This document shows, piece after piece, positions 9,109-18,133 of a stretch of DNA of 32,000 nt. The position numbers and the translations under genes are program-made. Origin of the DNA: Candidatus Hermodarchaeota archaeon (lineage in GTDB: Archaea; Asgardarchaeota; Heimdallarchaeia; Hodarchaeales; Hodarchaeaceae); assembly GCA_048886185.1 (NCBI GenBank), contig JBHLKY010000006.1, forward strand, positions 1 to 32,000, read 5' to 3'. The notes under the pieces are model-generated. The model was given only the letters and a program-made list of their open reading frames with translations, was not told where the DNA came from and did no database searches. Numbering within the stretch: position 1 is the first letter of the stretch; every line of letters starts with the position of its first letter.

Positions 9109-10041
9109 ATGAGTAGGAGCACGATGGCACAATTGTTTGCGCGTTTACCCATAAATTTGCGATATGTCTTAAGTGAACTATTAATTAGTGCTTATAACTT
9201 CGATGCTCGAATTCTAAAAGATTATATTGATGGGAAATTTGCCACAACGTTCAATTACTCAAATGAATCAATAGCCAAAATAAAGGCCCTCCATGATCGC
9301 CATAAAGGTGAAAGATGTTTTATTCTTGGCAATGGCCCGAGTTTAAATCGAACTAATCTTACTAATCTAAGAAATGAGGTTTCCATTGCCTCCAGTGGAA
9401 TCTTTCACATCTTTAAAGAAAATTCATATAGACCAACATACTATACAGTTGTAGATTTCATTTTTGCTCAACAATATGCTAGAATTATTGACAAGGTTAT
9501 CAAGAATGACAATATTACAGGGATTTTATTGAATTCCCTAAAAAAGTACATTCAAGGAGATCCTAGTACAATATGGGTGAATTTCTTACCAACATGGATA
9601 CATGGCCATTATTCTCAGTACACACAAGAAAACATGGAAACGAATCGAGAAAAGCCTCTACTACCTGAATTTAGCGAGAACCTTGTCCGTGGAATTCATG
9701 ATGCAGGGACAGTCACTTATGTTAATTTACAATTGGCCCTTTACATGGGTTTTAGTGATATCTATTTGATTGGTGTTGATCATAATTATAAAGTCAAAGA
9801 AACAATCGTTACAGAGAATCCAGACATCCTAATAAGTGATTATGAAGTTGATCCCAATCATTTTAGTCCTAATTACACCCCAAAGGGACATAAAATGGCT
9901 GTACCAAGAGTAACTATAATGGAATCAGCCTATTACAAAGCCCGCAAAGTTGCAGAATCGCGGGGTGTTAATATCTATGACGCAACAAAGGGGGGACAAT
10001 TAAAGGTCTACCGAAAAATAGATTATGATTCGTTATTCTGA
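9109..10041 (+). CDS. DUF115 / Maf / GT42-like protein, candidate nonulosonic-acid transferase
   Basis: 310 aa; RCFILGNGPSL and GTVTYVNLQLALYMGFSDIYLIGVDH are the two family motifs; overlaps the convergent neuA by 9 nt. Confidence 0.75.
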   Translation: MSRSTMAQLFARLPINLRYVLSELLISAYNFDARILKDYIDGKFATTFNYSNESIAKIKALHDRHKGERCFILGNGPSLNRTNLTNLRNEVSIASSGIFHIFKENSYRPTYYTVVDFIFAQQYARIIDKVIKNDNITGILLNSLKKYIQGDPSTIWVNFLPTWIHGHYSQYTQENMETNREKPLLPEFSENLVRGIHDAGTVTYVNLQLALYMGFSDIYLIGVDHNYKVKETIVTENPDILISDYEVDPNHFSPNYTPKGHKMAVPRVTIMESAYYKARKVAESRGVNIYDATKGGQLKVYRKIDYDSLF

Positions 10042-10752
10042 TTTTGATCTCTTTTTCATTAATTTTTCAGCTTCATTTAGCCTCTCTTGGGTATCAATAT
10101 CGATTTTATTTTCAGGAATATTATCCAAAATCAGAGGTAATATCCGATCCCCTGTCATTGATCCCATATTAAGGATAATACATGACCGAACTACATCTAT
10201 GTAGCCTGTTTGCCAATAAACGGGAACTAAAACTTGTCGGGGTTGATTATATGCTTCTTTAATTTTAGTTTTTATTATTGGCTCTAAATACCCTTCATTA
10301 CCGATTTTCCACATTTTGTAGGGGTTTTCATCAGGAGTGACTACAGCTCGAACACTATGAGCGTCAGAATTATCTAGTAGAAGTTTGATGGCTTTGTCAA
10401 CAATGGATGTTTCTCGTAGCGGGCTTGTCGGTCGCAGATGGACAACAATTTCGGGACAATATTCCTCCTTCTCTAATAACCACATCAAAGCGTGAGTAAA
10501 GACAGGTAAATCTGGAGTGAGATCTTGAGAAAATATGCTAGGTCGAATGAAGGGGACCTCTGCTCCGTAATTCTTACTAATTTCTGCAATCTCTTTATCA
10601 TCAGTTGAAACGATTATTCTATTGATCAATTTACTTTCTTGTGCAATTTTAATTGAATAATAGATTAGAGGCTTATTCGATAGGAGTGCTATATTTTTCC
10701 TAGGAAGTTTCTTTGAACCTCCTCGTGCAGGAATCAACGCTAAAATATCCAT
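10033..10752 (-). CDS. neuA: Acylneuraminate (CMP-nonulosonate) cytidylyltransferase, copy 1
   Basis: LIPARGGSKKLPRKN, VSTDD, RPTSPLR, IDIDT; ATG 10752 preferred over the track's TTG 10764. Confidence 0.9.
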   Translation of the reverse strand: MDILALIPARGGSKKLPRKNIALLSNKPLIYYSIKIAQESKLINRIIVSTDDKEIAEISKNYGAEVPFIRPSIFSQDLTPDLPVFTHALMWLLEKEEYCPEIVVHLRPTSPLRETSIVDKAIKLLLDNSDAHSVRAVVTPDENPYKMWKIGNEGYLEPIIKTKIKEAYNQPRQVLVPVYWQTGYIDVVRSCIILNMGSMTGDRILPLILDNIPENKIDIDTQERLNEAEKLMKKRSKSE

Positions 10753-10807
10753 TATAAATCCCAATCAGCTCTCGAGTTTATTGTATCATTGAAATATTTT
10801 GTTTTAA

Positions 10808-11647
10808 TTACCAACAGGTCCAACCACCGTCAACAATGAGATTTGCTCCAGTCATATAGGATGATGCGTTAGATAAGAGAAAAATAATGGCTCCTTGATA
10901 CTCGTTTCTTTCAGCCATTCTTCCCATTGGAACACGATAAGAATAATTCTTGACAAACGTCTCATCGTGACCATCAAAAACGCCACCTGGAGTTAATGTA
11001 TTGACTCGTATTTTATTTTTCGCCCAATATGTTGCTAGATAACGTGTAAAGTTTAAGACCGCACTTTTTGTTGTAGCATATCCAATAGGAGTATTGAAGG
11101 CTGTTTCTCCGTATTGACTTTTAATACCTTGATAGATGCGTTGATCAGGGGAGACAAGTCCATAAGTAGAAGCGATATTAACGATAGAACCTCCATCAGG
11201 ATTCTTTTTCATTTCTATTCCGATTTTTTGTGTTACAATAAACATCCCTGAAATATTAGTATCTATTGCTAATTTCCAAAGTTCTAATGGATAAGTCTCG
11301 AAAGGAGAAAAATATTCTTTTAATTCCTTACTTCCTTTGGCAATCGTTAATGCTGCGTTATTTATCAGCCCATTTATTCTACCAAATTTGTCTAGTGTTT
11401 GATCGACTAGGTTTTCTACGCTTCTTTCTGAGGTGATATCTACCTCGCATGCTAAACCTTCTTTACCTGTTTTATTTTCCAACTCTTTTAAGAATTGATC
11501 AGCTTTGTCTAATCGAATATCTGCAATGACTGGATTTCCCTTAGCTATGGATATGGCTTCTGCATATGATTTTCCCAAAAGCCCCATTCCCCCTGTAATA
11601 ATGATGACTTTATCTTTTAAGCTAAATAACTCTTCAATGGTATGCAT
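10808..11647 (-). CDS. Short-chain dehydrogenase/reductase, PtmA-like
   Basis: 279 aa; TGGMGLLG cofactor motif, NNAA, S-YxxxK (YATTK), RVNTLTPGG, DGGWT; co-oriented between a Gfo/Idh/MocA gene and neuA. Confidence 0.9.
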   Translation of the reverse strand: MHTIEELFSLKDKVIIITGGMGLLGKSYAEAISIAKGNPVIADIRLDKADQFLKELENKTGKEGLACEVDITSERSVENLVDQTLDKFGRINGLINNAALTIAKGSKELKEYFSPFETYPLELWKLAIDTNISGMFIVTQKIGIEMKKNPDGGSIVNIASTYGLVSPDQRIYQGIKSQYGETAFNTPIGYATTKSAVLNFTRYLATYWAKNKIRVNTLTPGGVFDGHDETFVKNYSYRVPMGRMAERNEYQGAIIFLLSNASSYMTGANLIVDGGWTCW

Positions 11648-11660
11648 TTTCCTTCCTTCA

Positions 11661-12626
11661 TTATTTAACAGTTTTTACCTTTAACACAACATTAAGTACT
11701 TCTATCCCATCTTCTATGGTAACCATGGGATTTTCATTGTTTTTAATGCAGCCGAGAAAATGATTAATTTCCTCGATAAACATATCATTTCTTTCAAAGT
11801 TTGTTGGAGTTTTGAAGACTTCTTCCTGCTTTGTTGAACGCTCATAAATCGTTAAAGAATTTTTGTAATAATCCCAAATTATCTTACCTTTCTCTGCAAT
11901 TATTTCAAGAGTTCTGTTAGGAGGTTCTTGTAGGTAATCAAGAAAAATTGATCCTATTATCCCGTTTTCATGTTTAAGGCTCATAATGGAGCACTCATCG
12001 GTAGTGGTATTCAGAACTTTTTTTTCGCTTAATAGGCCTTGTGATTCTTTGACACGACCAAAAAACCATATAACCATATCTATATCGTGACTTAAGGTTA
12101 GAAGGGTGCCTCCTCCTAAATCATCTCTTGCGCTATAGCCTTTTCTATAATCCTCCCATGGATGCCAGCTAGGAAGAAATTCTCCATAAATACTACGATA
12201 ACCTACGACTTCTCCAATTCTATTGTTTTTGAGAATACTTTTGATCTCTTTCAGAAGAGGATGGAATCGCATATTATAACCAACCATAGCAATAATGCCT
12301 TTTTCTTCTACAAGCCTTTGAAGGGTATTTAATCCCTCTAATGAGTTTGATATGGGTTTTTCAATAAATAAATGAGCTGTAGTTTTTTTAAGAACTTTTA
12401 ATGCCAATGGAATATGTAGACTTGTTGGATTGGTCAGAAATATGATGTCTGGTTTTTCATTGAGGGCTTCATCAAGATTAAAATACTCTTTCACGTTATT
12501 TTTTTCGCAGAATTCCTCTTTCTTTAGGCGCGATCTGAAAGCAATAAGATCATGATAACCGAGAAATTTTAAGTTTGTTATGTGTCTTTTTCCTATTGAT
12601 CCAAGTCCAATCATCAAAATTTTCAT
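11661..12626 (-). CDS. Gfo/Idh/MocA oxidoreductase, PtmF-like, copy 1
   Basis: 321 aa; IGLGSIGKRH, EKP, GYNMRFHP, LPSWHPWEDYR, SHDID. Confidence 0.9.
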   Translation of the reverse strand: MKILMIGLGSIGKRHITNLKFLGYHDLIAFRSRLKKEEFCEKNNVKEYFNLDEALNEKPDIIFLTNPTSLHIPLALKVLKKTTAHLFIEKPISNSLEGLNTLQRLVEEKGIIAMVGYNMRFHPLLKEIKSILKNNRIGEVVGYRSIYGEFLPSWHPWEDYRKGYSARDDLGGGTLLTLSHDIDMVIWFFGRVKESQGLLSEKKVLNTTTDECSIMSLKHENGIIGSIFLDYLQEPPNRTLEIIAEKGKIIWDYYKNSLTIYERSTKQEEVFKTPTNFERNDMFIEEINHFLGCIKNNENPMVTIEDGIEVLNVVLKVKTVK

Positions 12627-12932
12627 TCATACACGCTCTAATTAGCTTTTTATCATCCTTTGAGAGTATTATGTCTAGAGATTTGTTAGTTCGATTGCAG
12701 TGTTTTAATCTTGAATCATCCTTTAATATTTCTGGCTATTTTTATTAATACTTTAAAAATGAAATTAATCTTTTGCGTCCTGATTGATTCAACTCCCTCT
12801 TCCATTCTAATTTCCTAAATACGAATAATATAATAAATGATAAGAAAAATACAGCATAATTTATTTACCAAAGGGCTAGACTTTGACTACTGTCTGACGA
12901 AAAGTAATTTTAATTGATGGGTTAAAATCGAA

Positions 12933-13820
12933 GTGCAAGAAATGAAGGAAATAATTATTGGAGATAAACAAATTTCAGAAGAATCACCAGTTTTTTTCAT
13001 CGCAGAAATTGGCATAAACCATAATGGTGAATTAGATCTCGCCAAAAAAATGATTGACATGGCAGTCTATTGTAATGCAGATGCAGTTAAATTTCAAAAA
13101 AGAACGTTAGATCTTTGTATCCCTCCTGAAATGAGAAATCGAATAAAGGAAACACCTTGGGGAGAAATGACCTACTATGAATATAAAGAAAGATTAGAAT
13201 TTGGTGAATCAGAATATAGAGAGATTGATCAATATTGTCAAGAGAAAAAGATTTTATGGTCGGCTTCTGCTTGGGATATACCTAGTTTGACTTTCTTAGA
13301 AAAGATGGGAGTTCCTTATCACAAGATTCCTTCTGCGCAATTAACAAACAGGGAGCTTCTTCTTTCTGCTAAAGAAACTAATAAACCAATATTTTTATCC
13401 ACTGGAATGAGTACTGAAGAAGAAATTAAAAGGGCAATAGAGATCCTAAAGGATACCCCTTTAATAATAATGCACAGTAATTCTGCATATCCTTCGGTGA
13501 ACGGTGATTTAAACCTTTCATATATCCCTAAACTGAAAGAATTATATCCCGAACATATTGTTGGCTATAGTGGGCATGAAGAGGGAATTTCAGCAAGTCT
13601 TGTCGCAGCAACTCTAGGAGCTAAAGTAATCGAAAGACATGTAACAATCAACCGTGCAATGTGGGGTACAGATCAAGCAGCATCAATAGAATTTAGTGGG
13701 CTTCGAAGAATAGTTCGTGATTTGAAGAAGCTTCCAATTTGGCTAGGAAATGGGAAGAAAGTGGTAACACCCTCAGAACTTCCAGTGAAGAAAAGATTAA
13801 GAAATGTTGAAACCCTTTAA
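12933..13820 (+). CDS. neuB: NeuB-family synthase lacking the C-terminal SAF/AFP domain; NANS / KDN-9-phosphate-synthase-like
   Basis: 295 aa; IAEIGINHNG, KFQKR, LSTGMS, GYSGHEEG, IERHVT; ends right after the TIM barrel; start GTG 12933 or ATG 12942. Confidence 0.88.
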   Translation: MQEMKEIIIGDKQISEESPVFFIAEIGINHNGELDLAKKMIDMAVYCNADAVKFQKRTLDLCIPPEMRNRIKETPWGEMTYYEYKERLEFGESEYREIDQYCQEKKILWSASAWDIPSLTFLEKMGVPYHKIPSAQLTNRELLLSAKETNKPIFLSTGMSTEEEIKRAIEILKDTPLIIMHSNSAYPSVNGDLNLSYIPKLKELYPEHIVGYSGHEEGISASLVAATLGAKVIERHVTINRAMWGTDQAASIEFSGLRRIVRDLKKLPIWLGNGKKVVTPSELPVKKRLRNVETL

Positions 13821-13970
13821 AAAATCCTAGAATCACTATTGTCTCTTTGTAAATGTTGCTGTAAAGTTTTGAACTCCACCCTTAATCAAATAATACTAAA
13901 AGCTATCTAATTCAAAGTTTGAAAAGTCATTCTCAAATGATAGAAAATTGCTGAATTTTGACATATACTC

Positions 13971-14498
13971 ATGCAAGGAGATGATGTAGTGAATAACATC
14001 AAGGTGAAGAATATCAAAGCCCTTAAGCAAATTAAAAAAGTGAAAATGGCAATCTTTGATATTGATGGGGTTTTTACTGATGGTAGTGTCTACATTGACT
14101 CAAACGGGAGAGAAATGGTTAAATTTTCACGAATAGATGGAAAAGGAATTGAGCTGTTAATAGAAGCAGGGATTCATGTTGGGATAATTTCATCGGAAGC
14201 TAGCGATGCAGTTAAGTACAGAATGAATAAACTAAACATTTCAGAGGTACATCTGGGTATTAGGAACAAATTAGAGAGTTATAATAGTATAAAAGAGAAA
14301 TTTCAGCTTTCAGATCATGAGATATGCTATTGTGGGGATGATATCCAAGATATCCAAATCTTAACAAGATGTGGATTCTCCTGTTGCCCAAAAAATGCTC
14401 AAAATGAAGTGAAGGATATTTGCGATTATATTTCAGAATATGAAGGAGGAAGCGGATTTGTTAGGGATATATGTAACATTTTATTAAATGCTACATAA
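13971..14498 (+). CDS. KdsC-family (C0 HAD) phosphatase, candidate nonulosonate-9-phosphate phosphatase
   Basis: 175 aa; FDIDGVFTDG (DxD), SRIDGKGI, ISS, CGDDIQD, GGSGFVRD. Confidence 0.88.
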   Translation: MQGDDVVNNIKVKNIKALKQIKKVKMAIFDIDGVFTDGSVYIDSNGREMVKFSRIDGKGIELLIEAGIHVGIISSEASDAVKYRMNKLNISEVHLGIRNKLESYNSIKEKFQLSDHEICYCGDDIQDIQILTRCGFSCCPKNAQNEVKDICDYISEYEGGSGFVRDICNILLNAT

Positions 14499-14523
14499 GT
14501 AATTTATCTTATGTCTCACTGAA

Positions 14524-14557
14524 TATACAAAAGTAAGCAAATTTTGGCTTTTGTATA
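14524..14557. terminator. 10-bp perfect inverted repeat (possible terminator hairpin or operator)
   Basis: TATACAAAAG (14524-14533) and CTTTTGTATA (14548-14557), 14-nt spacer, 25 nt after the phosphatase stop. Confidence 0.35.
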
Positions 14558-14656
14558 ATAGAAAGCACATTGAAAATGGATTCTTCTTAATATTGAAGCT
14601 GATTATCTTTTTTATCTCTAAATGACTTAATTAATCTTAAATTTTATTGCACAAAA

Positions 14657-16033
14657 TTGATGAAAATGACCATCAATGTTGCTGTAATTGGTATGGGGTA
14701 TGTTGGGGTCCCCATTGCTGCCTTACTTGCCGATACTGGTGTCTTTAAAGTTACAGGTATACAAAGACGTTCAAAACGGTCAGGATGGAAGATTGATTAT
14801 CTTAATCAAGGCAAATGCCCCATAAAGAATGAACCTGAACTCCCAGAATTAATTTCCAGAGTCGTTAAGGAGAAAAAGTCTTTTTCAGTCACAGATGACA
14901 TTTCTATTGTAAGAAGCATGGATTATATACTAATCGACGTTCAAACACCAACTGATGAACAAAATATCCCCCAATATGTGTCTTTAAAGGAAGTTAGTAA
15001 TCAGGTAGGTCAAAATCTATCAAAAGGAACAACGGTCATCATTGAATCAACTTGTGCTCCAGGGACGACCGATTTCATTGTAAAACCCATCATTGAAGAA
15101 GCTTCATCATTCAAATGTGAAAAAGATTTTTTTCTGGCCTTTGCTTATGAAAGGGTCATGGTTGGCAGGTTGATTTACAATATTTTAAATTATCCCCGAA
15201 TAGTAGGTGGTGTCGGGTCTGAAAGCTCAAAGAAAGCAAGTTGGTTATATAAACATGTTTTGAAAAATGAGGTTGTAGAAACCACAGCACTTACAGCGGA
15301 GCTTGCAAAAGTAGTGGAAAATACTTATCGTGATGTTAATGTTGCCTTTGCAAATGAAGTAGCTTTAATTTGTGAATCGCTAGGAGCAGATGTTTATGAA
15401 GTACGGGATCTTGTAAATAATCTCCCTTTCATCGAGGGAAGGGGAAACCCTCATCGTAATATGCACATACCAGGAGCAGGAGTGGGAGGCCACTGTCTTC
15501 CAAAAGATCCTTGGTTATTAAAATATGGTGTAATGAAACATGGAAAAAAACCAGTTCAGCTTAATGTAATTGAAGCAAGTCGTCTTCGGAATTTTTTCAT
15601 GCCAAAACATGTAGTTGCTCTTCTAAAGGAATGTGAAGCTGAAACTAATCGGTATCATTCTAAAGATCAGAAAATCGCAATTTTAGGGGTCGCTTTTATT
15701 GAAAACTCTGATGATCCTCGGAATACTCCCACACGATATCTAGTAAATATTCTTGAAAAAGAGAATTATACATATGCTGTCCACGATCCCCTTGTGCGCC
15801 AAGATGAGGTAGATTTCCCTTTTTCAACGAATTTGGAGGAAGTTATCCGTGATTCGGATGCATTAATTATTGTAACAGCCCATCAAGAGTATAAAAACTT
15901 AAATCTAACTCATACTAAATCCTTGATGAAAAAAGAACCAATATTAATTGATGGAAGAACAACATTTAATCCTGAAGAAATTATCAACTTAGGTTTTTGT
16001 TATCGAGGAGTGGGCCGTGGTCAATATCGCTGA
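14657..16033 (+). CDS. Nucleotide-sugar dehydrogenase (UDP-ManNAc / UDP-GlcNAc 6-dehydrogenase family, WecC/WbpA-like)
   Basis: 458 aa; GMGYVG, IESTCAPGTT, KVVENTYRDVNVAFANE, catalytic GVGGHCLPKDP, DDPRNTP. Confidence 0.9.
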   Translation: MMKMTINVAVIGMGYVGVPIAALLADTGVFKVTGIQRRSKRSGWKIDYLNQGKCPIKNEPELPELISRVVKEKKSFSVTDDISIVRSMDYILIDVQTPTDEQNIPQYVSLKEVSNQVGQNLSKGTTVIIESTCAPGTTDFIVKPIIEEASSFKCEKDFFLAFAYERVMVGRLIYNILNYPRIVGGVGSESSKKASWLYKHVLKNEVVETTALTAELAKVVENTYRDVNVAFANEVALICESLGADVYEVRDLVNNLPFIEGRGNPHRNMHIPGAGVGGHCLPKDPWLLKYGVMKHGKKPVQLNVIEASRLRNFFMPKHVVALLKECEAETNRYHSKDQKIAILGVAFIENSDDPRNTPTRYLVNILEKENYTYAVHDPLVRQDEVDFPFSTNLEEVIRDSDALIIVTAHQEYKNLNLTHTKSLMKKEPILIDGRTTFNPEEIINLGFCYRGVGRGQYR

Positions 16034-16113
16034 CTGATCACTTTTTTCTCCTCGTTCTATTTATAGAAGAGATTTAAAGGAATAAAACAGTTAAAACTGG
16101 AGATTAAAGGCAA

Positions 16114-18063
16114 GTGGCTGATATAGATACAGTTATTCTTATTTATTCGGATTTTTTAACTAATTTACCTGGGAGCTATTTTGATAAGGGAAATAAAATT
16201 GTTTCATGCTCAATCGAAACCTCATCATTCCTTAAGAAACAGAATATAATGTTTTTCACGTTAAAAGATTATTTTCAAGAAAAGCTTAATTTCTCATATA
16301 TTACTCAAACATGGATAGAAACCTGGGCGTTTTTGTCAAAAGGTAACACATATCCTTTTCTTGATATTTTTAAGAGTGAAAATATAAATTTTTGGTGGTT
16401 TATAGATATAGAACTTTTTTACCGATTACAGAATCATCTTCGTTCTATATCTGAACTTGTCAGAATCATTGAGTACGATTCTCCTAAAAAAATTATTCTT
16501 CTTGACAGTGATAACGAAAGAATTAAGCTTTTTAAACAAATTTGCCTAATAAAAAAAGTACAGCTCGTAGTTAAAACAAATAACCTAAAATTGATGTCTG
16601 AAGATTTATTACAATCATTAAAAAATGTAATTCTAGTTTTTTGGCGCCTTTTGAGAATGAGAAACATTAGAAAATGGTCAATGAAGTATCAAAAAACCTT
16701 AGATCAATATAATATACGTTATTTTAATAATACTTTCAAAAAAGGGATTTTTTTAACTCATCCAATGCATTGGCGCCCTTCTAATGATCCTTCAAAGTAT
16801 GGAAAGAAAGAAAACTACTATTTCAATCAATTATTTGAACAATTCTCTAATTATCAAATTCAACCTATTGAACTGCAAGTTGTAAGAAGAAAAAAGCCAA
16901 ATATACAAGTTATTAAAGAAATGGTTTCTACAGAATATGGTATTCCAATCAAACTTTTGCCTAGTTATAGTACGAAACGAACATATGATAGTAAAACTGT
17001 TATTAAAATTATTGAAAACAGATTAATTGTACAATTTCAGGATACCCAGTTTTTGCAAAGCTTAAATTTCCGAGGAATTCCCTTACATAAATATGTACTG
17101 TTGTATGTTTTAGAGCTACTAAAAAGTAATGTGCCAGTCGTTTTGGAGACTATTGAACAAATTAAAGAAATGATTTCAATAGAGGAGCCCTCTTTCATTT
17201 TTTTGATAAATGAATATTCACTATATGAAAGAGCAACACTTATAGCAGGAAAAATGATGAATACTCCATCTTTTGCAATGCAGCACGGGCTAATCACAGC
17301 AGATTCGCGAGGATATGCTATTAAATCGGATATTGCAAAAGGATTACATTTTAAACTTCCTCCACGCCCAAATAAAACCTTGGTTTATGGTGAATATTTT
17401 GCAAAATTATTAATTAATTATGGTGATTATACTCCTGACCAAATCTTTATTGTGGGAAACCCTACGTGGGATAATTTGCACCAATATAAATCTCATTATG
17501 ATCTCAAGTCAATACGGATGAAATTGAAAATTCCAGAACAACAGAAAGTTATCTTACATGCAACAGAGAATTTACCAGGTGGATTAAACATTGGAGTCAC
17601 AAATTTAATAATAAACACATTTCTTAATATTACTGATGGTAGATATTTCCTCTTAATTAAAGTTCATCCTGGAGAAAAAATTGAATCTTATAAGCATCTT
17701 CTTCCAGATGATAGAAATGATATCTTAATCATTAAAGATGTAGCTCTTGGAGAAGTTCTATCTATATCTGACGTTTTAATAGCGGCCTATTCAACAACAG
17801 TATTTGACGCAGTTATAAGTAATGTTCCAGCAATAACTCTTGCGATCTCGTATGAGTTAATGAATACTTTTTTTTATGATCTAAATGTCTCATTTAAAGC
17901 GGATGAAACAAATCTTGGTCATGTTTTGAAGAATCTCTTAGATGAAAAGATGGATAATTCTTTCCAGAAAATGCGGGTTCAAATCACTGAAGAATTTGCA
18001 GCTGGTTTAGATATGAAATCAATAGACCGAATTATTACTGTTCTGAGAAATGAAAGTAAATAA
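16114..18063 (+). CDS. Large GT-B / capsule-biosynthesis-type protein, candidate nonulosonic-acid transferase
   Basis: 649 aa; MQHG, VYGEY, VGNPTWD, IKVHPGE, YSTTVFDA in the C-terminal half; GTG start; very AT-rich. Confidence 0.6.
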   Translation: MADIDTVILIYSDFLTNLPGSYFDKGNKIVSCSIETSSFLKKQNIMFFTLKDYFQEKLNFSYITQTWIETWAFLSKGNTYPFLDIFKSENINFWWFIDIELFYRLQNHLRSISELVRIIEYDSPKKIILLDSDNERIKLFKQICLIKKVQLVVKTNNLKLMSEDLLQSLKNVILVFWRLLRMRNIRKWSMKYQKTLDQYNIRYFNNTFKKGIFLTHPMHWRPSNDPSKYGKKENYYFNQLFEQFSNYQIQPIELQVVRRKKPNIQVIKEMVSTEYGIPIKLLPSYSTKRTYDSKTVIKIIENRLIVQFQDTQFLQSLNFRGIPLHKYVLLYVLELLKSNVPVVLETIEQIKEMISIEEPSFIFLINEYSLYERATLIAGKMMNTPSFAMQHGLITADSRGYAIKSDIAKGLHFKLPPRPNKTLVYGEYFAKLLINYGDYTPDQIFIVGNPTWDNLHQYKSHYDLKSIRMKLKIPEQQKVILHATENLPGGLNIGVTNLIINTFLNITDGRYFLLIKVHPGEKIESYKHLLPDDRNDILIIKDVALGEVLSISDVLIAAYSTTVFDAVISNVPAITLAISYELMNTFFYDLNVSFKADETNLGHVLKNLLDEKMDNSFQKMRVQITEEFAAGLDMKSIDRIITVLRNESK

Positions 18064-18133
18064 ACAAACATTGAGAAAGAAACGAATAAATAGTATTTAG
18101 GAAAGCTCAGATAAATGTAGAATTAAATTAATC

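Noticed and set aside
13971-14498. Annotation as kdsC of LPS/KDO synthesis
   Set aside because: No kdsA/kdsB/lpx genes; adjacent gene is a NeuB-family synthase
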